Shown: one piece after another, positions 10,501 to 23,700 of the stretch | Position numbering within the stretch: position 1 is the stretch's first letter | How the letters are laid out: each line of letters opens with the position of its first letter | The notes under the pieces: model-generated | Seen by the model: the letters and a program-made list of their open reading frames with translations, nothing else | Database searches by the model: none | Told to the model about the DNA's origin: nothing | Source of the DNA: Dimorphilus gyrociliatus | Lineage: Eukaryota; Animalia; Annelida | Assembly (NCBI GenBank): GCA_904063045.1 | Contig: CAJFCJ010000002.1 | Span: 3,901,891 to 3,965,890, forward strand | Direction: 5' to 3' | Length of the DNA: 64,000 bases | Made by a program: the position numbers and the translations under genes

Positions 10501-12938
10501 CGACTATAAAGTCAGAACTCTTCATATAATGATATCGGCGTTAATAATTTAAGTAGATTTGCTATATTTAATATAATGATTAAGGGGAAAAAATAAAAGC
10601 ATTTTCTAAAGTTTATTAGCGTAATTATTGCATTTTATAAAATTTCTCTGTACCCCATATTTTTCTATTTTACAAATCCTAGAGTTTTTCTTTCTGTATT
10701 CAAATTAAGGAAAAAAAAATTGCAATTGTGCTAAATGTCTTTTTCGATTAGTCGGTCATGTAAGAGAATCCTTGAGATGAGAAAAAAAAGATATAAACGA
10801 CTTGGTTGTAGAGTGTGGAATTCTCATATTTAATTTATTCGATAATTAAATAGAAATATATCTAATTTATTAAGTATCCTCCAATACTGTTATGCAATAA
10901 ATTATTAGCGCCGATATCATATTTACTGTATCGTAATTCGAAAACGAACATAAAAACGATAAAATAGCCTGGACTAGGAAAGCGGTCGTTTTCTTTACAA
11001 GAGGTAGTATAAATAAATCAAAATGACTATATACATATATATATATATATATATTTGTTATATACACTGTATAACTAAATATTTAGAAAATTATTATAAA
11101 AGAAATTGATATCATTTTCTAAAATTTAATAAAGATCAGATATTAGTCAAACTAAAAATAAAATAAACTACATCTCTGTGACAACTAGGCTGACAAAATC
11201 GTCAGAACCAACCTACAATTATCGCCTTTTAAATATAGTAAACTGTGTTATCCTTCTATATCACTAAGTACATATATACTGTATATATAAACTATATATA
11301 TATACCACGGATAATTCTTATATTTTTATTTTATAAAGAAAAGAACCGTTTATGTCCTCGAGAATTGGATGTTGCTACTGTCCGCTTTCAACCTATCTGT
11401 ATTCTCCTGGTTATGAAACAGTTTTGCTACCTTTTATACTTTCTTGAATGACATACCAACCTCAATAGATACATTTAGAGGTCAGAATCAGCATTGTAGA
11501 TGGAAGGACAAATCTGCCACACAATACATGTTCGTAAACAAAGACAAAGCGAAACAATTACGCGGAACTCTGTTTTAGAATAATGAACTCTAGGTTACGT
11601 ACCTATTCTCGTTTGTTTCGTCGTATCTAGGCATGGGGTCACTGTCGTGAGAATTTAGGTCGGAGGAGGCTCTTGGATCGTAGTTATTAATTAAATCCGT
11701 ATGGTTATGTTCTATCCCATCATCTAAAATGGTAACGACTACACCTCTTCCAGTGTAGCCTCTGGCCCACGCTTCTCTCACACCCATATCATAATTTCCT
11801 GGTTCAGCTCCGCCCCTAAGGTACCACATTTTCGACCACAATTCATCATTGAAATTGTCAAGTTGTTTATCCGTTCGCCTTACTCTTTTCTTTACATATT
11901 GCTGTTCTGCCCACGTCACTGACTTATCAGTTTTGAGACGGTTTTTTGCCCACATTTTAGGCCTTAGAGATCTTTTAGAAATACCGCGATGTTCCAATAG
12001 ATAGTAATTCCGTAGACTTCCAATCTTTATAATATAGAGGGAAATTGAAAAAAAAATTAATTATCGAATATAATGAGAATAAAGAAACAACGCCTGGTTT
12101 TTCCTAAAGAAATGTCATCTAAATGGAATAACAGTTATAATTCATTTTTTAGACTACTGACAGTTTTTTTTTATTAAAGGTCACAATGAAAGTCGTTACA
12201 ATGTTACTGAACTATAAAAGAGGTGCCTAAGACAAAAAGAAACACAGTAAAAATTTCGTACTAATTAACACTTGTTTAATGAAAATTATACAATAACCTA
12301 GAACCGACGTTGTCATGCATAGAATATAAATTTTCCGTGACAAAAATATCTTTTATTTAGTTCTTTACTACTGTAATCTGTAATTAGACATAGACAAACA
12401 AGTTATTCCATTCACAAATACTTTCATGCAGTTGACGCCTACGGTAAATTGTGCTTGTCAGACGTTTGGCAGAGAGCCTTTTGGTCATTCAACTAGACGC
12501 CAAGTGCGTGAGAGAAGGTTTCCTTTCAGTTTTAATTACAAAACCAGACATTGGAATCAATAGTATGATAATACGAAGAAGGTTTCGTTTAAGAGCTCTC
12601 TTGTTTAGAAGTGTATAGGCCTATTATTACCAAGTCGTAAAAAAATATAAAAAAAAAAGAAGTAAAAGAAATTATGATGTATGTTTCCTAAAGTACTGAA
12701 TGAGGAGAGAGGGGCACGAGAGGTTTTTATAGAAACAAAACTCTTCAAAGAGAATTATTACTGCAATATAAGAAAAATTCATTACCTGTCTGACGAATCG
12801 AAATCCATTTTCGTGAGCTACTCTCCTCGCTTCTTTAACACCTTCGGGAATATGAACTGCCCACTTATTTAAATAATGCTGCTTCGCTGAGCAGTATATA
12901 GCGAGAAATAAGATGATATTTGAAAAAATGTAACGCAT
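4584..12938 (-). CDS. Furin/PCSK5-like subtilisin-type proprotein convertase (signal peptide, prodomain, S8 catalytic, P domain, Cys-rich repeats, TM)
   Basis: Exons 12938-12786, 12024-11603, 8758-6926, 5874-5473, then 5366-5150 and/or 5118-5079 + 4751-4584. Signal peptide MRYIFSNIILFLAIYCSA; pro-site KKRVRR; catalytic ILDDG, HGTRCAG, ASGNGG, GTSASAP; RRGD in the P domain; furin-like CxxCxxxC repeats. 3' exon usage is uncertain. Confidence 0.92.
8901..10480 (-). CDS. Cytochrome P450 (clan-2-like), nested in intron 2 of the convertase, two exons
   Basis: N-terminal TM anchor, GPFGWPIVGN, I-helix AGVETS, K-helix EVLR, PNPFRF (PERF-like), heme motif FGFGHRRCVGE. Exon 1 10480-~9501, exon 2 ~9318-8901. 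Confidence 0.9.
9322..9504. mobile_element. Inverted-repeat-bounded element (MITE/introner-like) coinciding with the P450 intron
   Basis: TAAGGAAGGTTTTTGC (9322-9337) and GCAAAAACCTTCCTTA (9489-9504) are perfect 16-bp inverted repeats; the interior is non-coding and AT-rich. No second copy seen in the window. Confidence 0.5.
11035..11054. repeat. (AT)n microsatellite
   Basis: Visible AT dinucleotide run in the convertase intron. Confidence 0.9.
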
Positions 12939-13150
12939 AATCTTCTTAAGAATAATATTTTATGGTCGTCATGCTAGTGAAAGAAAAGAAAACAAAAAAG
13001 TACAGTCAATAAAATTCAACAATTATAAAGTTTAAGCGAATTGTGAATGTTACCTACATTTTATTTTTTTGAAGTACAACTCGGGCGTGAATTTTTTCCT
13101 TTTATGCTCTTCGTCTAATTCCAACGATCGTTTGTTCGAGGCAAACTATT

Positions 13151-13280
13151 ACCGGAAGTTTAAAAAAATTACTTCGTACTTTTTTATTTATTATTATTTA
13201 TTTTACTTCTACAAATATTAATTATTTAAAAATAATTTTAAAATTTGCTTTAATAACTACGTAAACAATCGTCACTTCCG
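13151..13280. promoter_or_regulatory. Bidirectional promoter with two inverted ETS-like motifs (convertase / MRPS36)
   Basis: ACCGGAAGT at 13151-13159 and ACTTCCG at 13274-13280 lie between divergent ATGs at 12938 and 13305. Confidence 0.55.
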
Positions 13281-13304
13281 TTACTTCAAGGTGAAGGAGA
13301 GAAA

Positions 13305-14346
13305 ATGTCTTCTGCTCCAGTAACGAAAGTTTTTCAGGTTTTTGCTATAATATAGCTATGTAGATTATATTGTAATAGTTTTGATAGGTGTTCACAAGCT
13401 TAAATGACTCAATAATTTTTTGTAATTAATCACCGGCTGTAATATTTGAATTTGTGTATTAGTAAAAAGCCATTGATTCTCTCCATATGTATACCCTTGC
13501 ATATGTTTTTCAGTTTCTAAGTCGAATATTATCATTAAGAAATAAATCACCTGCTGTAATTAACAAGCAAACTACTGAAAATACGAAGTTGTGTGTGTCT
13601 GAATCTGTACGTTCATTTGAAAGTAAATATACAATAACATTCGAGTAGCTTTAGTAAATGTTGTGAGTTCAAACTATGTCGAGCAATACTTTATACATAT
13701 GACAGATTTAGAAACTTTTTAAGTAACTTGCCATAAAAAACAGTAAGCTAGTTAGTATTGTAAACGAAGAAAAGATTATCATATAGTGGTTTTTCTTTTG
13801 AAAAGCTATGACTTTACTTTCCATAAAGTTTAAAACCATTTAATCAATACAACCTTGGATATGTATTTTATGATAATTTATATATTTCTATAAATTTGCA
13901 ATGATGTTGTCTGTTTGCTTGTTGTTTACAAGATTTTTACGTTTTTTCGTTTTAGAAATTAAATTTTTTCCTTTCTAGAGCATTTTAATAAATTATTTTT
14001 CGTTCAGATTCTTAAGTCACGTTCCCCTTCAATAAAGTTTCCTATTAGATCCAACGGTAAGGCAAGCCTTCTTAACTAAATTAACTTCTAGTATAGATAA
14101 CACAATTGCACTATATATTTAATTATTCTTACAGCTCTTCTAAAGTATGTACCGGTAATTAGTACTACTTCTGCTTCTAGTTCTTCTAATAAGACAAATG
14201 CAATTGCTCTTGACGAATTACCGCAAAAGTACTGGAGACAAGTTGTGAGCCAAGAAGAGATGGACTACATAAATGTAAGGGAACGTTTATTAAGTTAATA
14301 ATAATTTACTATAATTTATTTATTACAGCGGGGAGGTCCCGAATAA
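13305..14346 (+). CDS. MRPS36: MRPS36 / KGD4 (alpha-ketoglutarate dehydrogenase component 4), not in the ORF track
   Basis: Exons 13305-13337, 14008-14056, 14135-14274, 14329-14346 give MSSAPVTKVFQILKSRSPSIKFP...LPQKYWRQVVSQEEMDYINRGGPE*, matching the family C-terminus (LPQKY..VSQEEM..IQRGGPE). Confidence 0.9.
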
Positions 14347-14766
14347 TGCATTCGTTTACAATTAACATGTCCTTTTGTAATTGGAAATGTGCATCATTTT
14401 AAGTATTTTATGCATCATTTTAAAAAAAAAGGAAAAGCAATGTAAAAATTTCAACAGGCTTTCATTCTCTCGATGCTGACAAATTTGGTCATAAATGACA
14501 GCGCCATTCTATTTTATAGTCATTTTGACAAATAAATGAAGATATAAGTATGCCTATAATATCTTAATGTTCATCTAAACAAACTCCCACTGCCGGATAA
14601 CACTATAATAAAGTATATACTATAATGATTCAATTACGAATTTTATTGAAATCTATGACACACAAAGCCAAATTATCAATTTGCACAGAACTATATCAAT
14701 TTAATTTTACATTGTGAGAAGTCAGAATAATATTTCTTTACTAGTTAAATTATCAATTATCACTGT

Positions 14767-17700
14767 TTACACCCAAGGCTCCCAACCCAGCCAAGTTAGC
14801 CCAAGAATATGTTTATCAGTGGCCTGATCAATTAAGGCATCAACTTGTTGTTCAACAGTTAAGTTATCCTCTGGTAATTGAGCTCGGATGTTTGCTTCGC
14901 TACCCATCAAAATTTGCAAATAGTCATTTAAAGGTGAAACTTCTAATCTACCGCTTTTCTTTGAAGGAACTTCGCAGGTCAAACCTTTCAGTTTACCGCT
15001 TTCCAAATCGATTTTTGTCAAATAAGCAGGGTTAGATCCCTGTAGTTTTCTTTTTACAAGTTCAATCTTTCGCTTAGGTAACCAATTGGCGGTTATACTA
15101 GTCTTGTCCATTGTAGCTATGGAATCCTTTCCAGTTGGACCAAAAGCACTTTTTTCGAGCTTTTCCTCAAAGTGTTTAAGGTCTACAGATGGTTCCTTTA
15201 TAAAAACATCTAATGCTGCTAGTAAAAGATCAGCATTTCTTCTTAAACTATTGAAGATGTGAATCATAGTTGACCGGAATAGTCCAACAGCTTTATGCGG
15301 TTGCATTAAATTTAAAAATTGTCTTGTCAGACGAAACGGAATTAGTTCAGGAATTGGCAGAATCTTAAAGAAGGAAATTAAAATATGCTTAAACCGAAAA
15401 CCCATATGAAAATCTCACCTGAGTTGCGACACCGAATGCATAACCAAAATCAATTCCGACGACTGCTCCATTAGTCTTATCGATCATTGTATTAGACAAA
15501 TGTCTGTCCCCAATTCCTAAAAGATATATATAGGCACACATTTGAGCATTAGACTTTGTAAAGTTGCGCTTTAGAATAAAATATGCTTCTGAAGAAGCTG
15601 CCATCTCCTGATAAGCCCCTCTATCATGTGAAATAAAAATTAGTTAATTAAAGGGCTCTTATATACATTTTGTTTTTAAACTGCCACGAATATTTACCTT
15701 GATAAGTTGTCTGGAACTAAAGATTGTAATTTCTTAAAATTAGTAATAACATCTTGCCTCTTCCTATAACCGACGTTTAGGTAGTACAAATGAGCGTCTT
15801 TTAATTGAGATTTGCTCGAAAAGTCTATCAGCCATTTCTTATATTCTATGCGTCTTTAAAATTATTTGAAGAACTCAATTTAATTGACTTTTAATACTTT
15901 TAGTTATAACTTACAATTTATCCAATCGTTTGTCGTCCTTTCCCAAAGCCGAAACAAGAAAATCTTTGACTGGAATAGTATTTTCCATCCATTCAATGAG
16001 GCCAACTCTGGTTGTAAGTGGAATCACATTGTAAGTTCTTAATTGTAAATCTCTTTGAGAGCATTGGCAATCCTCCCTCATTATTTCGTTCATAAGGCGG
16101 AATATTTGAATGACTCTTTGATCCAATCTTAAATCTTCTCCACTCTTAACTAGAAGCTATTCTCGAAGGTAAAGTGCATTTTTTCAATTATTTAAAAAGA
16201 TTAAACGGTATTTTTACCTTGTGCTCCTTGGCATCTGTTCCTCTTACAGTTATAACTTTTGGCTTCCTTATAGATTTCATAACCTGAACATTATTATCAA
16301 AGCTAGATATTTTTATATGGCGCTCAGGCATAGGCTTAAAATCTCCTGTATATTGACCAGGTATTTCTATGCTATGTGAAATTTTCATCCCTTGAAAATT
16401 AGCTAGCCAGTCAGAATATTCAGTCAACGTTTTTGGAGGCCTCAAGTCTTCGTCCATAGCACTTTTTATTTCACTTTGAAGAGCTTGGATATTATCATTA
16501 ACAGCCTATTGAACAACAACAAGAAGTTTAGTTTATAGAATCGCTACCATAAAGCCTGAAACTAACTTTTATGCTCATTGAAGATATTAGTTGGCCACGT
16601 GATCCGAAAGCTTTTTCAATTTTATTTTTAAATTTCTATATAATATAATTAAGGTATTATTTAATTTAATATCTCTTTAATTAGTTACCTTTGCAAAACG
16701 TCGCCTGTAAGCTCCTAATTTTACAGTAATCGGCATTTCAGAAGAAGATTGATCTCTACTGTACAGACTGTCATCACTAGTTCAATGGCAATAGTTAGAA
16801 TGAATTCAGTTAGAATAATATTTTTAAATGAGAGAAAGCACTTACTCTTCTTCAGTTTCGCATAACAATTCTCTTTGTAGATTATCATATATTTTTTGCA
16901 CTTTTTCTAATCTTTTCAGTTTTGATTCTTTTTGAATTGCCTCTATCTTTTCCTGAATAATTTATAAAAATATTCAATTAAATATTAAAAAGAGCTAGAT
17001 AGTCTATAATCATCAAGTAAATGACATACTGCAAAAAGCACATTGGGCTGCTCAAATTGCTCAAGAGATTTAACAAAAGTAGAGATATATGGATTTCTTC
17101 CAAGAATAGAAGAAATTTCTTTTTGTACACATATCGCTCGCCTTCCATCCAAAGTATCATCGAATTTAAAACCTTCAGAGCTAAGATTAAAGGGATATAC
17201 CAGAGCCTGTATTAAATGACATATAATAGCTAATAAGTAAATAGGCATAACACTGACATTGGGATAAGTAGCAGCCACTTTCAGTAGAGGTTGATGCACT
17301 ATTTTAGAAATATTTTTGTCTAATAAAGCAGTCATTTGTCCGAGCCAAGATAGATACATCCAACAAGGGATGTCAGCAGTCTGTAAAGAGAGTTTATAGA
17401 TTAGTGCCTATAATAAAATATACTTTTCTATTGAAACAAGCGTACGCTTTCAATAAACACATCCGAATGTTGGGGAAATCTTTCCATTATTTGTAATAAT
17501 CCAGCAAATCTATGTATTGCCTTTCGATTACCTAATTTCATGGCCCTACACAAAGATTTTATGCAATTTGCTGCACAATCGCTTATCCATTCTTTATCAT
17601 CAGCATCTGATTGTTACCATTAATTACTTAATTATTTCAAAATAAAAGAAAGAATATTTATAGGAAACTTACTGGAATCATCATTTTCCCTCAATATTTT

Positions 17701-20700
17701 TGCGCAAAATATTGCCAATAACAACTGGGACCTACTTTCAATTGTATAATTTTTAATAACATTGCAAGTCTTAATTGATTCTTTAAAGAAGGAACAGGAT
17801 TGTTTTTCTAATAACCTTCGTACCTTTATAGAATGAAGAAATGGAATATTTTAAGAAAAAGAAGTAGATCTAGTAGCATTTTACTTACTTGAGAAGTATT
17901 AAATGATTCAGAGTCTGATATTTCACATAGTTTAAACAATGTTTTTGATGTTTCATCAAAATTTTCCTCAGTTATAAAATTACTAATATCTTGAAGTGTT
18001 TCCGCTTTAAGTATCATTAATCTTGAATATTGATCTCTTTCTATTTCTGTGCTCTTCTGAGATAAATAATTGTCTGATTTTGTAATAAAATAAAAAGAAA
18101 ATTTATTAATAAGATTGATGAAGATTATTTGAAATGTTCAGTAGTTTTTTATTTAATTTGTTACCTAATTCATCAAAGCTAGTAGAAAGCTTTTCTATTT
18201 TAATAGTATCCGATATTTTATCGTTAAGTAATAGTTTTTGTCTTAAAACATTTATTCTTGCTTCAATCCAATCTGTTTTCAATTCTAGAGCAGTTTTAGC
18301 CATTCTCATTTTCTATAGCGTGACACATTTAATATATAAATATAGCTTTCTTAATTTACATAATTACGTAAATACATATATTATTTTACTTACGAAATTT
18401 GTATCTTTCAATAAATTTTCGGCTAACCCAAAGTTATTTTGTGATTTAGCACTGTCAATTTGATGTAAACGAAAGCTTAATTGATCTCTTATTAACGTTT
18501 CCACTGTAACTTTATCATCATCAATTTTACTGCAAATTTCGCTTAATTGATCGATATACATCATTCTGAAATTTCTATAGTTATAAATCCCATAAACACA
18601 AAACTTGAAAGCTTTCTTACCTATTAGTTATAATATCATCCCATATACTCTGAGGATCGGACAGATGATTAAGCTTTCTATTCATCCATTTATCATTTAG
18701 TGCATGTACTTTAGAAGATCTTAAGGAATCTCTATTAGTTATTAAATCCAAAAATTCGCCCATTTCCTGAAGCTTTTGAACACTTCTGAGTTTCTCTAAT
18801 CTGGGGGTTTTCATTATTGTTCCAATACCTGACCATTCCTATATAATTCAACGCTTATATTAATTTTTAGTTATAAATTGGGAGGCAGTAATTACATTAA
18901 GAAATTGTTCGAAGGCATTGGTTGTGTAGTATTTAGCTCGATCATACTTTTCTTGATAAATATACATAAGAGCCAATCTTTCACTATACTTAGCCTGAAA
19001 AAAGTATATCACATTTGAATATATTTTAAAACTAAAAGTATAATAACCTCCAAGAGCTTTTTCTTATCGTCATGTTGCATACTCTTATCGATAAAATCAA
19101 ATAAATCCTGTTGAATTTTTCCATTTTGTATTAATTTCAATTTACTTTTTAACATTAAAGGTAAATAATGATCTTGATAATATGTATCAAGCCAGACATT
19201 CTCTAGTCCACTATGCCCAGCTTCATCAATTGTCGCTGTTGTTATATCATTAATTTTTTCCCAATCGCACAGATTGTTATAACATTCCAATCGGGCTTCA
19301 TCCCACAAATCTTTTTCTACTTCTTCGGGAGGATATTTCCAGCTCTCTCGGCTTAATGACTTTAAATAATAAAACGGTACTCGATAAATCAATAAAAAGT
19401 GAGTGATTTATTAAACAGGGACATATTTTGTTACCTCTGTATATATATCAACAGCTGAAAGATAATCTCCTTTAGCTTCCAAAGCCAGGGCTTCACTAGT
19501 TTTACCCTCGCCCTTGATACGATACTCGAATATGCTTTGAAGATTATCAAAGTCATCTAATGATTTGTACAGCCTGTAAATGTTATTAAGAAGGAATGAT
19601 GAAAAGCTGAATTAATAATAATAAAACAAGTGTAATGTACTTTGCTAGTTCAATCCATACAATTGCCTTATCGGAGGATGCTTTTGATATTTTTGCTTTC
19701 TTCGCTGTTGGTGGTCTTGGTTTGACAAAATCTTTTTGTATGAGAATATCTTCTAATAGAAGAATGCCTAGAGGACCTTGTCCACCCCCAATACACGCTT
19801 CACCAATTTTGGAAGTGTCTATGTCGATTAACCTATTAAAGTATTGCAAAAGTAGATCATTTTTTTTGAACCGAGAAATAATCAACATACGACATACCGC
19901 AAGTTTGATCTTATTATATCTAAAATTGCCCCAAAGAGGGGAGGATAATAATAATCAGATGAACTTATCATCTTCTCGATTCCGTTAAGAATATTTGCCC
20001 TTATTTCACGCATTCTATCCTCCGATTCCATCATCTCATGCATTAAAGCTGAAAACAGTTGGGTAAAGAGAATACGAGCCAGTTGTGAGTCTCTCTGAGC
20101 AACCGCTTGCAGAGGAGCAATAATACAAGCGTATTTGATTTGAATATCTGGTAAATCTCCCGTTCGGTACTTTCTATAGATTGTAACTTGATTTTCTCTT
20201 CTTTCTTTTCTTTCTTTCTCTATTTCCTTTGGTTTAGATAGAAAAACTTACAGTTTCATTTTGCGAAACTATCAAATAAAGATAACGAAAAAACCTTTCT
20301 CATATTCCTCTGACGAATTTGCTTTTTAACGAAATAAAGTTGCTTTGATTCAGAGTCTTTTAAAAATCGTCGACGCAATCTAAGGATTTCGTCAGTATCT
20401 TCACCTGCTTTTGATAAGGATTTTGAAAATATTCGTGTTTGTCTTTCATATAATTTATCAATAAATACCTTGTTCTGATGTTGTCGCTTTAGCAGCATCC
20501 AATTTTTTCTTTGGAGATTTAATTTTTTTGACGTTGGAAAACAATAGATTAGATTCACTTTGAGTAGGTGTAGATAGGGTGCTCAAAGTTCCAGATTCAG
20601 CAAAAGTATCAACTGTTGACTGAGTTAGCCAGTTGAACGGGCGTTTTTCTTTATAAAAAAAAATTATGTTTTTCTATCACATATTTATCACAGTTTAACG

Positions 20701-23700
20701 TCTTACTAGCAGTTGCTACATCAATCGTTTGAGAGAACTCTCCATCCTGTGTTGCACGAATATAACCCTCTCCACCTGCTTGAGTAGAGTCCATCAAGGA
20801 ATTATCAATGAAAAGAGAGTTCATAGTATGTCTTCTTCTCCACGAATGCGTAACGTTAAATTCAGAAAATCTTTTTGATAAATTAATTTATAAAAGAGGA
20901 CTTAAATGTAAAAACTATATTCGTACTTGCACTCAGATAGTGGACGATCAAACAATTCTTTATTGAAATCAGGACTTTTTGATGTCATTTCCAGAAGAAG
21001 ATTAGTAGAGTATGATAAATATTGTTTTTCTGTTTTTGGACTATACATAGCTCCTAACATAGCAATTGTTCTATCAATAGTGGCTGTAGGGAGTCGTCTT
21101 TCATCGCTCCAAAAGTTTTGAATAGCAATCCTTTTTGAATATACATTATATTAAAGTTTCTTATTAGAATGTTTAATTTTTTATACCTGTAATCTTCATC
21201 TAGTAATCCTTGTAGTAAAACATCTTTTGTATTTAAAATTATATCTCTATTAGCTAGTTCATCAGAGCCGCTGAAAGAGAAGATTTATTACAGATCATTT
21301 CGAATAGAGATTAAAACTATATTCTTACTGGTATCTGTCATACAGGTCAATGAAAATATCATACATTAACCCACGACACTTGGTACTTGTTGATGATACA
21401 AAGGAGATTAAAGAAGGTATAAAATAAAGTATTTCTTCTTGTTTTAAGTTTGGTAAAAGTCCTTTTACAATTTTCAAAGCCGCATACTGACATCCTTCAT
21501 CACTTGAAAGTAACAGTTTACTTTTAATATAGTCTTAAATAACACGTTAGAAATATTGTATTATTTACCGATGATTTAATATTTCTAGCAACTCTTTATT
21601 CTTTAATTCTTCAAAAGCATTCTCGATCTTTGACAAAGAATTATTTACTATTTCCAAACCAAATTCTCGTAATTCACCAAAAAGTTGAGGTAAGAGAAAT
21701 AAAACTTTACTTGATTCTCTGCAAAACAAATGAATAAAGCAATAGGATAAGTTTTGAGTAAATAGACATATAATTTACTTCTCAGCTATGCTTTTATAAT
21801 TTAATTGAATTTTATAAAGACAGGTAATATATTGATCAATTTTGGACGTTTTAATACTGTCCAAACGCTTTGACAGCTCGTCGTCTTTCGATTCCAACCA
21901 AGATTTATCTGTAGAATTTGCTGATAAATATTTAAGAACCATTCCAGTTACCTCCGCAGCTGAGCCGTAAGCCCCTCTACTTCTTTGTGAAAGGCAGTTA
22001 AAAAGAGCATTGTAATATCTGAAACACAAAAGCCGTTGATTAATGTGTATTTACAAGTATATGAGTAATAGAGAATATTTTTTAAATTCGTTACCGATTC
22101 TTATCGATTCTGCCGGTAGGGTCTGCGCCATCCTTAAAAGGAGGCAAGTTATTTGCCACCAATACACCAAGAATTTGTACTCCAGTAACGTTTCTACTCC
22201 GGTTGTCTTCAGATTTGTGACCCAAGTGCTCATAAACCGCCCTAAATATGTAATCTTTTAATAAGAACAAAGAAAAAAACTTATCTATAATACCCGTAAG
22301 GAACATCTAAGCTATTTCTCCAAACTTCTACAAGAGTTTTTAAGACTTCTAAATTATTACGGAGTACAGCTCTTGTTTCATGGTGACAGTTCTTGATAAG
22401 GTATAAGAGTAGTTTGCTAGACATTGTTCGATCCACAATGTTATTCTGAAAAGTTATATTATTAAAATCCTTTCCAATTCTTTTACTCAATCTTACCTCT
22501 GGAACAGCAACTTCATGCCAGGACAGTATGGTCACTATTAGGTCTACGACGAAATAGTTCAATCCTCCTCCTCCTACCCTATCATTAATTATTAAATTTA
22601 TTAGAGGACCAAACCAATTCTTTGCATATGGCTTAAATGTCTAGAAAGTAAAAAAAATATTGTTTACAAAAGCTCATTTTATAGCTAATGAAACCTTACT
22701 TTGGGACTATTAACAACTAATTTGGCTATAAATAGTTTTATATTAGTGTGAGTTTCGTGATGATTTATTTTTTCGAGGATATTTTTCATCCAGGTTGGCA
22801 TATCTTTTCCTGGTTCAGCAGGTGTAATATTATTTCGCAACATATGACGTAAGAGAGCCGTCATACAAGGCATGCACTCGTGTTCATTGATTGGATCCAT
22901 TTCCATATAGATTGTATCTTCGGAATCTTCCATTATGTCCATCTTTTGAAAGATAGTAATTACATTAAGTAGCTCAATATTTTTAGAGTTCACTTACCGT
23001 TTCATTCATCGATGTTGAAAAGGATATATCAGATCCCGACGATGTTCTTGACTGATAAATTAAAATATTATACAAAATTCAAAAGTTCTTTTACTGAAAT
23101 CAACGAACTGTAAATGATGAAGTGAAATCATAATGAGACGCCTCAACGCTTAAGCTACTATCAGCCAAGTATTGGGAAGATGGATAGTATAAACTTTGAT
23201 TAAAGCTGGAGTCAAAGGATTGTCGACGATAAGACCTTACTTCATTTCTAACGGATATAAATTGTCTCTTTTTGGAAAACAATTTCTGTTAATAAATAAT
23301 ATATATTATTAGGGTCTTTCAATAAAATAAGATATTAACATCCATTTCCATGGCAAACTCATATCTTTTAGTAGTATCTATCATGTTCTCAAACAGAAAA
23401 GAACCCTTAAAAAATGAAGCAAACTTTATAGATCACACATTAATAAGTACTATAAACTTACTCCAAATAAAAAGCTATTATAAAATCTAACATCTGTTTG
23501 AGTACAAGCAATAATTGAAACCAAGCAATTATAGGCAGCGCAATGATATTTCCTTCTCAATTCAAGATAAGAATTTTCATTTCGGCAATCTTCAGATTTG
23601 ACAGAATTACAAATTCTATTTTGAAATAATAAAAGAAATTAACTACTGAACTAATTGTAGGCCAATACAAACTTTGTAAAAAATTTTGTCATTTCGTTGC

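Noticed and set aside
23019-23028. ATATCCTTT on the PRKDC strand as a U12 AT-AC donor
   Set aside because: Lies inside an exon (ISFST) that ends at a normal GTAAG donor.
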